Source: Planktothrix sp. GU0601_MAG3 (GTDB taxonomy: Bacteria > Cyanobacteriota > Cyanobacteriia > Cyanobacteriales > Microcoleaceae). Taken from it: 64,000 nt of DNA. Below are positions 10,067-19,866 of this stretch, piece after piece. Location of the stretch: assembly GCA_035193785.1 (NCBI GenBank), contig CP136572.1, positions 4,116,578-4,180,577 of the forward strand, given 5' to 3'. Position 1 is the first letter of the stretch, and every line of letters starts with the position of its first letter. Both the position numbers and the translations under genes were made by a program. The notes beneath the pieces were generated by a model. The model saw nothing but the letters and a program-made list of their open reading frames with translations, had not been told where the DNA came from and ran no database searches.

Positions 10067-10546
10067 TTAAAATCCTAAAGTTAAGGACTTGTCAATGGGA
10101 AGGGCAGCCCCAATTCCTAACCACAGGGTTACTAAAGTTCCAAATAAGAAAACAGCCGTGGCCACAGGACGACGGAAGGGGTTTTGGAACTTGTTGACGT
10201 TCTCAATTAAAGGAACAGCAATTAAACCCAAAGGAATCGAAGACATCAACATAATTCCTAACAATTTATTGGGAACCACCCGCAAAATTTGGAATGTGGG
10301 CCAGAGATACCATTCGGGTAAAATTTCTAAAGGGGTGGCAAAAGGATTAGCAGGCTCTCCAACCATGGCGGGGTCAAGAACCGACAATGCCACTACTAAA
10401 CCAAAGGTTCCCAAAATCACAACCGGGAACGTATATAACAAATCATTCGGCCAAGCTTGTTCACCATAATAGTTGTGACCCATGCCTTGAGCCAGTTTAG
10501 CACGAAGAACTGGATCACTGAGATCCGGCTTTTTTAGGATGGACAT
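10067..10546 (-). CDS. petD: Cytochrome b6-f complex subunit IV
   Basis: [15 protein letters not shown] and [10 protein letters not shown] motifs. Confidence 0.97.
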   Translation of the reverse strand: MSILKKPDLSDPVLRAKLAQGMGHNYYGEQAWPNDLLYTFPVVILGTFGLVVALSVLDPAMVGEPANPFATPLEILPEWYLWPTFQILRVVPNKLLGIMLMSSIPLGLIAVPLIENVNKFQNPFRRPVATAVFLFGTLVTLWLGIGAALPIDKSLTLGF

Positions 10547-10707
10547 AATTAAAATACGCTCCTTTTGGGAAAATTTAACCGATTATTGCTGGTCTTTTAA
10601 GTTTAGCAAAAGCTACTCCCAAACCGTTAGATAAAAGTTAACCTAATCGGAACCAAATCCCACCGATACAGGAGTAGCTAGAAAGACTAAACCTGAGCCA
10701 CTTCCAT

Positions 10708-11377
10708 TTACAGAGGGCCAGAAATTCCTTGCTTCCGAATCATCAAGAAGTGGGCTAACATGAAGACGGCAATCAGCCAGGGTAAGACAAAGGTATGTAA
10801 GCTGTAGAAACGGCTGAGGGTATTTTGACCAACAGCCGTACCACCGCGCATTAGTTCCACAATTGTCGAACCGACAACGGGAATCGCTTCGGGAAACCCC
10901 AGACACAATTTTCACCGCCCAGTAACCAACCTGATCCCAAGGCAGAGAATAGCCAGTTACCCCAAAGGAAACGGTAATCACGCCCAAAATCACACCCGTG
11001 ATCCAGGTTAATTCCCGGGGCTTTTTGAAACCGCCGGTGAGGTAAACGCGGAAAACGTGCAGGATCATCATTAACACCATCATACTGGCAGACCAGCGAT
11101 GGATAGAGCGAATTAACCAACCAAAGCTCACATCCGTCATAATGTACTGAACGGAAGTGAAAGCTTCTGCGACGGTCGGTCTATAATAAAACGTCATCGT
11201 AAATCCAGTGGCAAACTGGATTAAAAAGCAAACTAAAGTGACTCCACCCAAGCAATAAAAGATGTTGACATGAGGTGGGACATACTTGCTCGAAATGTCA
11301 TCATCAAGTGCTTGGAGATCCAGCCGCTCATCAAACCACTTGAAAGTCTGAGATTCTTTGATTCCCTTAGAAAACAT
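10708..11377 (-). CDS. petB: Cytochrome b6; apparent frameshift at 10893
   Basis: [15 protein letters not shown] and [12 protein letters not shown]-terminus [10 protein letters not shown] in the second ORF; removing one base restores VSGVPEA. Confidence 0.95.
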
Positions 11378-11730
11378 GAAGCTAGAATTCCTAAAAATAA
11401 ATGGCTGCCTATTATTATTCCTTTAAGACATCATTAATAGATATCTTGAGACTGGACTGTCTGAAGCCAGAGAACTCCGGCTATCAAAAAGCCATGACTA
11501 TCAGGAATAGAGGGGTCGGTTTGATCCGATTGACAGCTTAGGCTACAAGACTTGCGTGTTCTCCCCTACCCTAAAAAATGTAACATAACTTCAACTCAAT
11601 TTTCACAAAACTCGGGAATCAACCCGCCCCCGATAGAATCCCCCAGGGCCAAGGCTAAAAATTAATCCGTGAAGGGTCTGGAATGGGTTGATCCCCCAAT
11701 CTAATTTAAAAGCAACCTTAAATTACCACC

Positions 11731-12969
11731 ATGCAAAAGCGAGTTTTTTCCATAGCATTTCTAATTATTCTGCAAATCTGTTTAACCTGGATCACCTGGA
11801 CAACCCCGGTTCTGGCCTTGACCGAAGATCAAAAAATTTTTAGTGAAAGTTGGCGAATTATTAACCGCTCCTATGTGGATGAAAGTTTCAACCATCAAAA
11901 CTGGTGGTATATCCGCGAGAAAATGATGCGACAACCGTTCAAAAACCGTGAGGATACCTATGATGCCATTGAGAGGATGTTAGCCACCCTGGATGACCCG
12001 TTTACCCGGTTATTACGACCGGATCAATATCGCAGTTTACAGGTGAGCACCTCCGGGGAACTAATGGGGGTGGGATTACAAATCTCCCAGGACGGGGAAA
12101 CGGGCAATTTAACCGTCATTGCCCCCATTGATGGTTCTCCCGCAGAGGCGGCGGGTATTCAACCCCAGGATCGGATTTTGAAAATTGATGGCTTTGCGAC
12201 CTCTGAGTTAACCCTAGATGAATCGGCGGCTCGGATGCGGGGGCCCAGGGGCAGTCAAGTGACTTTAACGGTGTTAAAAAATAGCAATAAAACCCCGGAA
12301 GATATTACTCTAGTTCGGGATCGAATTGCCCTTAACCCGGTGACCACGGAATTGCGTTCTGATTTGGGAGACAATCCATTAGGTTATATTCGTTTAAATC
12401 AATTTAGTGCTAATGCCACCGAAGAAGTTGCCCAGGGAATTAAATCTTTAGAAACAAAAGGGGCAAAAGCCTATATTTTGGATCTCAGAAATAATCCGGG
12501 GGGATTATTACAATCGGGGATAGAAATTGCTCGGCTTTGGTTAGATGAAGGGACGATTGTTTATACCGTTAATCGTCAAGGTTTACTGGGAAGTTTTGAA
12601 GCGGTGGGTTCGGCTTTAACTCAAGCTCCTTTAGTGGTTTTAGTGAACCCTGGAACCGCTAGTGCTAGTGAAATTTTAGCGGGGGCTTTACATGACAATC
12701 ATCGGGCAATTTTAGTGGGGGAAAAAACCTTTGGTAAGGGGTTAATTCAATCCCTATTTGATTTATCTGATGGTTCGGGATTAGCCGTAACAGTTGCTAA
12801 GTATGAAACCCCCAATCATACTGATATTAACAAATTGGGAATTATGCCCGATCGGGTGATTCCTTCGGAGCCATTACTCAGAAATCAAGTGGCAACGGCG
12901 GCTGATCACCAATATCAAGCGGCTTTAGAATTATTATCTTCTCAATTTGTGATGGCTCAAAAAGAATAG
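11731..12969 (+). CDS. ctpA: Carboxyl-terminal processing protease (S41)
   Basis: PDZ domain, DLRNNPGG, TASASEI and TFGKG motifs; divergent from petB. Confidence 0.9.
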   Translation: MQKRVFSIAFLIILQICLTWITWTTPVLALTEDQKIFSESWRIINRSYVDESFNHQNWWYIREKMMRQPFKNREDTYDAIERMLATLDDPFTRLLRPDQYRSLQVSTSGELMGVGLQISQDGETGNLTVIAPIDGSPAEAAGIQPQDRILKIDGFATSELTLDESAARMRGPRGSQVTLTVLKNSNKTPEDITLVRDRIALNPVTTELRSDLGDNPLGYIRLNQFSANATEEVAQGIKSLETKGAKAYILDLRNNPGGLLQSGIEIARLWLDEGTIVYTVNRQGLLGSFEAVGSALTQAPLVVLVNPGTASASEILAGALHDNHRAILVGEKTFGKGLIQSLFDLSDGSGLAVTVAKYETPNHTDINKLGIMPDRVIPSEPLLRNQVATAADHQYQAALELLSSQFVMAQKE

Positions 12970-13040
12970 GGAATAGGGAACAGGGAACAGGGAACAGGGA
13001 ATAGGGAATAGGGAATAGGGAATAGCGAATAGGGAATAGG
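12964..13040. repeat. Heptamer STRR tract (GGGAATA/GGGAACA)
   Basis: About 10 tandem heptamers beginning at the ctpA stop codon. Confidence 0.9.
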
Positions 13041-13057
13041 TTTTGGACTGATAACTG

Positions 13058-13118
13058 GTACGGGCGGGATAATTAAGATTTAGGTAATTAACAAATATCT
13101 AAAATAACCCGCCCCTAC
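13058..13118. repeat. REP-like inverted repeat flanked by ACTGATA heptamers
   Basis: GTACGGGCGGG...ACCCGCCCCTAC; (ACTGATA/G)n at 13120-13153. Confidence 0.5.
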
Positions 13119-13159
13119 AACTGATAACTGATGACTGATAACTGATAACTGATTTTTGT

Positions 13160-14575
13160 ATGTTGGATTATGATTTGGTGATTTTAGGAGGGGGTTTAAC
13201 GGGACGCTATGCTGCCTTATTGGGGAGTCAAATGCAGGGGCGAATTGCTTTAGTAGAACCGGAAAAAACGGGGTGTTTCGGGTTATTCTCGATGGGTTTA
13301 TCCCTCCCTAAACTTGAGCAAATATCGGTCTGGGGCGGGTCGAATATTAGGAGAAAACAGATCAAACCTTGGGTTGATTTGGTGAGAAACAATTGTGAGG
13401 AAATTTATTCCCATCAACGGTTAGGAGCCGGGGGAGTTGATGTAATTGTGGGTGAGGGTGAATTTATCAAATCTCCCCGTCTGGGATTTAAAGTTAATAA
13501 TCGGATATTGCGATCGCGCAATTATTTATTAGCCCCGGCTTCCGTACCTAAAATTCCCGCCATTGAAGGGTTATTATCCACAGGATTTATTACCCCAGAA
13601 ACCTTGGATTTGTTTTTAGAAAAATTGCCAAATTTATCAGAAACAATTCCCCAAAGATTAGCAATTATTGGGGGCGATCCCAAAGGAATAGAATTAGCCC
13701 AATATTTTGCTCGTTTAGGTTTAGAGGTAATTATGATTACCACTGCCTCTCAAATTTTAACCCAGGCAGATCCCGCGGCGGTGCAGTTAATTCAAGGTCA
13801 ATTAGAAGCCGAAGGAGTCAAGATTTTAACCCAAACTCCGATTATTCAGGTTAAAAAAATTGCCGATAAAAAATGGATTCAAGCGGGAAATACTGCCATA
13901 GAAGTTGATGAAATTTTGGTGAGTTACGGTGTCGAAACCGATGTAAAATCCTGGAATTTAAGCGGGGTTGGGGTTGAGTTTAAAGGGAATCATTTATGGG
14001 TGAATCAAAAACTACAAACCACCCATCCTAGGATTTATGGCTGTGGACAAATTTTAGGGGGATATCCCTTTGAACATATCGCCCAATATGAAGCACAAAT
14101 TGCCCTGAAAAATGCCCTATACTGGCCAAGGTTTCGGGTTGATTATCAAGGAATGCCTTGGGCGGTTTTTTCTCACCCCCAATTAGCCCAGGTGGGGCTA
14201 ACAGAAACCCAAGCTAAACGACGTTATGGAACTCAAGTGATTGTAGCGCGACAACCCCTAAAAATCATCGCTCAGGCGCAAATTTCGGGAGAAATTACGG
14301 GATTTTGTAAACTCGTGGGTTTGGCAAATGGTAAACTTTTAGGGGCTACGGTGGTGGGTTCCCAGGGGAGTGAGTTCATTAATACCCTAGCTTTGGCAAT
14401 TCGTCAAGGAGTCAATCTAAAAACCTTAGCTGAATTTCCCCCGATTTTTCCCAGCTTTTCCGAGGTTTATCATCAAGGTGCGATCGCTTGGATAAATCAA
14501 CGTCGTTGTCAAAATAGGGTATTATTTGATTGGACGGAAAATCTATTTCATTGGCGACGATATTGGGGCAATTAA
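13160..14575 (+). CDS. Pyridine nucleotide-disulfide oxidoreductase family (mercuric reductase/LpdA-like)
   Basis: GGGLTG FAD motif, TTHPRIYGCG and dimerisation domain; redox CxxxxC motif not evident. Confidence 0.8.
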   Translation: MLDYDLVILGGGLTGRYAALLGSQMQGRIALVEPEKTGCFGLFSMGLSLPKLEQISVWGGSNIRRKQIKPWVDLVRNNCEEIYSHQRLGAGGVDVIVGEGEFIKSPRLGFKVNNRILRSRNYLLAPASVPKIPAIEGLLSTGFITPETLDLFLEKLPNLSETIPQRLAIIGGDPKGIELAQYFARLGLEVIMITTASQILTQADPAAVQLIQGQLEAEGVKILTQTPIIQVKKIADKKWIQAGNTAIEVDEILVSYGVETDVKSWNLSGVGVEFKGNHLWVNQKLQTTHPRIYGCGQILGGYPFEHIAQYEAQIALKNALYWPRFRVDYQGMPWAVFSHPQLAQVGLTETQAKRRYGTQVIVARQPLKIIAQAQISGEITGFCKLVGLANGKLLGATVVGSQGSEFINTLALAIRQGVNLKTLAEFPPIFPSFSEVYHQGAIAWINQRRCQNRVLFDWTENLFHWRRYWGN

Positions 14576-14583
14576 AAATTAAA

Positions 14584-15102
14584 ATGTCTAACATGAAAGT
14601 TAAAAAAATACAACCTTTTACTCTGGCAACAATTATCGGTTTTAGTCTTTTATTATTAACCGTTACGGGTTGCCAAAAACCTGCTGCTCAAGTTCAGTTA
14701 GGTCAAGATCAAGAATGTTTTGGATGTGATTTTAGTGGGAAAAGTTTGCAAGGGCAAAATTTAACCGGGGCTAAATTGAATAATTCCAACTTTAGTAAAG
14801 CGGATTTAAAAGGAGTAAATCTCAAGGGAGCATTTTTAGATACCGTTGATTTTACCGGGGCTAATTTAACGGGAGCAGATTTAAGTGAAACTACTTTAAA
14901 TCAAGCTAATTTAACCAATGCTAATTTGAGTCAAGCGAATCTGACTGGGGCATTTATTAGAAGTGCTAAACTGAATAACGCTAAACTGAATGGGGCAATC
15001 TTTAAAGATGCGGATTTGAACTCAGCCGATTTAACTGGAGCAGACCAGAAAGGAGCTAATTTTCAAGGGGCAATTATGCCGGATGGTGAGATTCAAAAAT
15101 AA
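14584..15102 (+). CDS. Pentapeptide repeat lipoprotein
   Basis: Lipobox VTGC; A(D/N)LxG repeats. Confidence 0.9.
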   Translation: MSNMKVKKIQPFTLATIIGFSLLLLTVTGCQKPAAQVQLGQDQECFGCDFSGKSLQGQNLTGAKLNNSNFSKADLKGVNLKGAFLDTVDFTGANLTGADLSETTLNQANLTNANLSQANLTGAFIRSAKLNNAKLNGAIFKDADLNSADLTGADQKGANFQGAIMPDGEIQK

Positions 15103-15236
15103 TGGGGAATGGGTAATGGGGAATGGGTAATGGGTAATGGGTAATGGGTAATGGGTAATGGGTAATGGGTAATGGGTAATGGGTAATGGGTAATGGGTAA
15201 TGGGGAATTACGAATTACGAATTACGAATTACGAAT
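15102..15236. repeat. Heptamer STRR tracts (ATGGGTA)n then (GAATTAC)n
   Basis: Direct reading of the tandem units. Confidence 0.9.
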
Positions 15237-15276
15237 CGGGAACAGGCAATAAATAGGTGGTATACGGTATATAATT

Positions 15277-15919
15277 ATGCTCAAAGCGATTTTATTTGAT
15301 TTGGATGGAACTCTGGTTAATAGTGACCCATTACACTATCTGACTTGGGCAAAGGTTTTAGAGATTTATCAATTGACAATTGATCATCATTTTTATCAAA
15401 CTCGGATTAGTGGCAGAAACTAATGCTGAAATTGTAGGGGATTTATTTCCTGAATTTTCCGATGAAGATATCTTAAAAATGGTAGATTTAAAAGAATTAA
15501 AATTTCGAGAACTAGCTATTGATTTACAGCCCTTACCCGGGTTAACGGACTTTTTGGTTTGGGTGAATCAGCAAGAGTTTAAAACAGGTTTAGTCACGAA
15601 TGCACCCCGAGAAAATACAGATTTTATCCTGAAAAATTTGAAGTTATCGAACTATTTTGATCGGGTGGTTTTGTCCGATGAAATTGGCATAGGCAAACCC
15701 GATCCGGCTCCCTATCAATATTGTTTGGAACAGTTAAATATTCTACCAGAAGAAGCGATCGCTTTTGAAGATTCTCCCTCTGGGATTCGTTCTGCAATTG
15801 CTGCGGGGATTAAAACCATTGGGGTTGCTTCTACCCATGATCCCAATAGTTTAAAAGATTTGGGTGTGGCATTTGTAATCGAAGATTTTACCCATACTGA
15901 CCTACAAAAAATCGGATAA
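15277..15919 (+). CDS. HAD-family phosphatase (CbbY/beta-PGM-like); apparent frameshift at 15416
   Basis: MLKAILFDLDGTL from ATG 15277; GKPDP and FEDSPSG motifs in the second frame. Confidence 0.85.
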
Positions 15920-15920
15920 C

Positions 15921-16164
15921 TATAGAAATCCCATTGGAGTTGTGTTCAATATTCTTGAGCAAAAGGGAACAGGGAAAGGGGAACAAAAGATCATACTTCT
16001 GACTGTTTCATTTCATATCATTTAGGACTCACGCACAAAACCCAAGAAACCGGGTTTCTGGCTCTGATTTGGCGGATGAAATCGGTGATTTCTCGTTCAG
16101 AAATCTGGTTTCTGTGTAAGTCATATCATTATTAAAATGCTACAACCTATTTAGGATTGCAATA
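15921..16164. mobile_element. Degenerate MITE-like element C hosting a nested family B element
   Basis: Imperfect TIRs TATAGAAATCCC...GTTGT / ACAACCTATTTAGGATTGCAATA. Confidence 0.4.
16023..16125. mobile_element. MITE family B, copy 1 (5-bp TSD TCATT)
   Basis: TAGGACTCACGCA...TGTGTAAGTCATA; TCATT at 16018-16022 and 16126-16130; homologous to 42364-42466. Confidence 0.8.
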
Positions 16165-16215
16165 TGTCCTAATGCTTTAACTGATCGGGTTTACTATCGG
16201 GTCGGGCCTATTATT

Positions 16216-17862
16216 ATGAAAAAAATTGGACAAACTTTCATCACTTGGTTGCTAGTTACCTTTCTGATTGTCACCGCCATCCCCCTAGTGGTGGCGCAGA
16301 ATTCTCCATCCCCCAAACCCAATTCGCCTGCGATTCAGTCTAACCGTGGGTCTGTAACACTAGAGAATGAAACTTTATTTGTGATTGAAACTGGGTTAGG
16401 CGGTTCGTCTCCCTCAGAACGTTCTCAACGCATGAGCCGCAGCTTGAAGGATTTTGCTGACAACCAAGCCCTATCCCTGAACGAACTTGAAGTCTATACG
16501 GGGGACAAGGACGGCATTCCCCTGACGGTAATTCGGGCGGGCAATATTTTTTTAACCACAATCTCCAACGCCGATGCCCAAATAGCTGGCAAACCGCGCC
16601 CCGAATTAGCCGCATTATATTTAGAAAAAATCAAGGCGGGAGTCAGTCGCTACCGACAGCAAAGGAGTCTGGAATATTTGCTCCGTGCTGGTTTGTGGAG
16701 TATTTTCGCCACCGTGGCTCTGATAATTATTTTATTGATGACTAATAACGTCTTTGCCAGAATTTACCAGAGACTCGAAATTTGGGAACAATCTTATATT
16801 CGTCCCGTGCGGTTTGGCAATTGGGAACTGATTCGTGCTAACCAATTAGACAATATCATTTTTTGGCTGGTTCGGCTGGTGCAGGCGGCGATAATTCTGG
16901 GGCTGTTGGCCGCCTATTTTCCCTTTGTCCTTAGACAATTCCCTTGGACGAGGGGATTAGCCAAAACCTTAGAGGGCTATTTGGTAGCCACATTACAAAC
17001 GGGGTGGCAAGCTTTTATCAATTATTTGCCCAGTTTGTTGACGATTGTACTGGTGATTGTCGCGACCAAGTTTATTCTGGGTCTATCCAAACCTTTCTTC
17101 CGAGAATTGAGCGCCGGGACATTTTCTTTACCTGGCTTCTATGCGGAGTGGGCCGATGCTACCCAAAAGCTGGTTAATTTTTTAATTATTGCTTTGGCGG
17201 CAGTGATTATCTTTCCCTTATTGCCAGGATTTCAGTCTCCTGCGTTTCAAGGGATATCTGTCTTTTTAGGGCTACTAATTTCTCTGGGCTCTACCTCGGT
17301 CATTTCTAATCTGGTTTCTGGCAGTGTTTTGATCTATACTCGGGCATTTCGGGTGGGAGATCGGATTAAAATTGGCGACATCTCTGGGAAAGTTTTGGAA
17401 ACCACCCTGCTAGTAACTCGTATCCTGACTCCTACGAATATCGTTGTCAGCATTCCCAATTCTCAAATTAGCACCAGTTCGATTGAAAACTTCAGTTTTA
17501 GCTATCGAGAATTAAACCAGCCCTTGATCTTACGGATGACCGTATATTTAGGTTACGAAGTCCCTTGGCGCGAAGCTTACCAGGCTCTGATCCAAGCGGC
17601 GCTCCGTACCGAAGGAATGCTGGAGTCTCCGCCACCTTTCGTGCTACAAGGGGAACTGAACGAAGTTTACGTTACTTACTTGCTGAATGCCTATATCAAT
17701 GTGGAGTATTTTCAGGGCAAAACTTTAAAAGGAATTGAACAAGCTCGCTCCCAATTGAATGAAAATATCCGAGATTGTTGTACTACGGCCGGAATTCGGA
17801 TTTTTGCCCCTAATTATGAAGCCGATCCCACCAATTACGGGCCAGCGGCTGACAAAATTTAA
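16216..17862 (+). CDS. MscS-family mechanosensitive channel
   Basis: SNLVSG...RAFRVGDRIKIGD...IPNS motif; signal peptide and several TM helices. Confidence 0.9.
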   Translation: MKKIGQTFITWLLVTFLIVTAIPLVVAQNSPSPKPNSPAIQSNRGSVTLENETLFVIETGLGGSSPSERSQRMSRSLKDFADNQALSLNELEVYTGDKDGIPLTVIRAGNIFLTTISNADAQIAGKPRPELAALYLEKIKAGVSRYRQQRSLEYLLRAGLWSIFATVALIIILLMTNNVFARIYQRLEIWEQSYIRPVRFGNWELIRANQLDNIIFWLVRLVQAAIILGLLAAYFPFVLRQFPWTRGLAKTLEGYLVATLQTGWQAFINYLPSLLTIVLVIVATKFILGLSKPFFRELSAGTFSLPGFYAEWADATQKLVNFLIIALAAVIIFPLLPGFQSPAFQGISVFLGLLISLGSTSVISNLVSGSVLIYTRAFRVGDRIKIGDISGKVLETTLLVTRILTPTNIVVSIPNSQISTSSIENFSFSYRELNQPLILRMTVYLGYEVPWREAYQALIQAALRTEGMLESPPPFVLQGELNEVYVTYLLNAYINVEYFQGKTLKGIEQARSQLNENIRDCCTTAGIRIFAPNYEADPTNYGPAADKI

Positions 17863-17881
17863 CTGCGCCTATCTCTATAGT

Positions 17882-19801
17882 TTATTCCCTATCCCCGGAC
17901 TTAATGGTTTCTTGAATTAACCAATAGGTGGTCATTTTCCCCCTACCTTTGACTTCAATTTCTCCCCGTTGTTCAAAAATGTAAGAATTTTTTAAGCGTT
18001 CATAGATAGCTTCCGTCACTTGAATTTTCCCAGGTAAACCAGAGGATTCCATCCGAGAAGCGACATTAACCGCATCCCCCCATAAATCATAAATAAATTT
18101 TTTCACCCCAATTACTCCGGCAATAACTGACCCAGTATTAATCCCAATTCGGATTTGCAAAGGTTCGTTATATTGGGTTTGAAAATTGGCGATCGCTCTT
18201 TGCATATCTAAGGCCATTTGAGCCATAGCTTCGGCATGATCTGGCTTGGCTAGGGGTAAACCTCCGACCACCATATAGGCGTCTCCAATGGTTTTAATTT
18301 TTTCTAAACCATGCTTTTCGGTGAGTTGATCAAACGCCGAAAACACTTGATTTAATCGCTCCACTAATTCATCGGGTTGAATGCGATTTGAAAGGGGTGT
18401 AAACCCAACAATATCGGCAAATAAAATCGTGACTTCATCGAATTTTTCAGCAATAGAACTGGTATCATATTTTAGACGTTCTGCAATGGATGGAGGCAAA
18501 ATATTCAGTAATAACTTTTCTGAACGTTCCCGGCTTTCCTGGAGAGCTTTGTCGGTATTTTTCCGTTCTAATTCGGCGCCAGCCCGGGCTGCAAAAATTC
18601 TTAAAACCAGTTCTCTAGTTTCGTCATTGATCATGGGGTTTGTATCTAAAATCGCAATATTACCGATCACATTTTTCATGGAATCTATTAAGGGAATTCC
18701 TGCATAACTGCGTGTTGTTGATTCCATGGAAGTTTGAATTTCAGGAAACCGATTAAAAACATGATCAGAACAACAATAATATTCTCCATTGCCAATGACT
18801 TGACCACAAGGTGTTCCTGCTAATTCATACTCAATATTGTTAATAAAACCCTGATCAACCCAAAATGCCAGGGTGCGAAGTTTGTTTTTTTTAGGACTGG
18901 TAAATTCAGTTACTAAAGTATAATGAACCCCCAGGATTTCAGCTAGGGAATGAACACAGGAGTGAAAAAAATCATCTCCGGTTTTAGAAGCTGTTCCCTC
19001 GACAATTAATTTTAGGGCTTCTTCTCGACGTTTGCGATCGCTAATATCCCGCATCACAGTCAGGACTGAATTAGAGGAAATAGGGGAAATATTAACGGAT
19101 AAATCTGTTTTTTTATTTTCGAGAATTAAACTATATTCAACCTCAATGGTTTCCTGGGTTTCTAAAGCGGTTTTAATCCCTCCTAACAAAATATCGGCTT
19201 GTTTTTGGGGTAGAATATCATGGATAGTTTGACCAATTCTTTCCTGTTCCGGCCTATATAATAATTGGGTATTGGGAGTAACCACTTTTAGATAATGCCC
19301 ATCCCCATCAAAAACAACAATTGACTCCTTCATTGCTTTAAATAGGGCGTTAACTTCCGCCTCGGATTTTTCTAAGGCTTGATTTTGAGTTTTGAGGGTT
19401 TTCTGAAGGGCTTGAATTTTTAACTGGGTTTGAACTCGAATTAAAACTTCTTCGAGTTGAAAGGGTTTAGTAATATAGTCGATTCCTCCCACTTCAAAGG
19501 CTTTAACTTTATCCTTAATATCATCTCCAGCACTTAAAAAAATAACTGGGACAGAACTGGTTTTGGGATCGGATTTTAAGATTTTACAGACCTCATAGCC
19601 AGTAATTTGGGGCATATTAATATCCAGAAGAATCAGATCAGGAACTACGGTTCTAGCGGCCATTAAAGCCACATTGCCATTGATCGCCTTTCGCACTTGA
19701 TATTCTTGCTGGACGAGAAAATCAGATAAAAAACGAATATTGTCAATATTGTCATCAACAATCAGAATATCGGCTTTTAATCGATTTGTATTAATATCCA
19801 T
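17882..19801 (-). CDS. Class III adenylate/guanylate cyclase (REC-PAS-GAF-cyclase)
   Basis: ILIVDD...LLDINMP receiver; LFADIVGFT, KIKTIGDAYM and YDLWGDAVNVASRMES cyclase motifs. Confidence 0.92.
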   Translation of the reverse strand: MDINTNRLKADILIVDDNIDNIRFLSDFLVQQEYQVRKAINGNVALMAARTVVPDLILLDINMPQITGYEVCKILKSDPKTSSVPVIFLSAGDDIKDKVKAFEVGGIDYITKPFQLEEVLIRVQTQLKIQALQKTLKTQNQALEKSEAEVNALFKAMKESIVVFDGDGHYLKVVTPNTQLLYRPEQERIGQTIHDILPQKQADILLGGIKTALETQETIEVEYSLILENKKTDLSVNISPISSNSVLTVMRDISDRKRREEALKLIVEGTASKTGDDFFHSCVHSLAEILGVHYTLVTEFTSPKKNKLRTLAFWVDQGFINNIEYELAGTPCGQVIGNGEYYCCSDHVFNRFPEIQTSMESTTRSYAGIPLIDSMKNVIGNIAILDTNPMINDETRELVLRIFAARAGAELERKNTDKALQESRERSEKLLLNILPPSIAERLKYDTSSIAEKFDEVTILFADIVGFTPLSNRIQPDELVERLNQVFSAFDQLTEKHGLEKIKTIGDAYMVVGGLPLAKPDHAEAMAQMALDMQRAIANFQTQYNEPLQIRIGINTGSVIAGVIGVKKFIYDLWGDAVNVASRMESSGLPGKIQVTEAIYERLKNSYIFEQRGEIEVKGRGKMTTYWLIQETIKSGDRE

Positions 19802-19866
19802 AAATAACTAAATTTGTAATTTATCGGGATGGCTTAAACTTTAAAAAAAAGAGATTATTTGTGATG

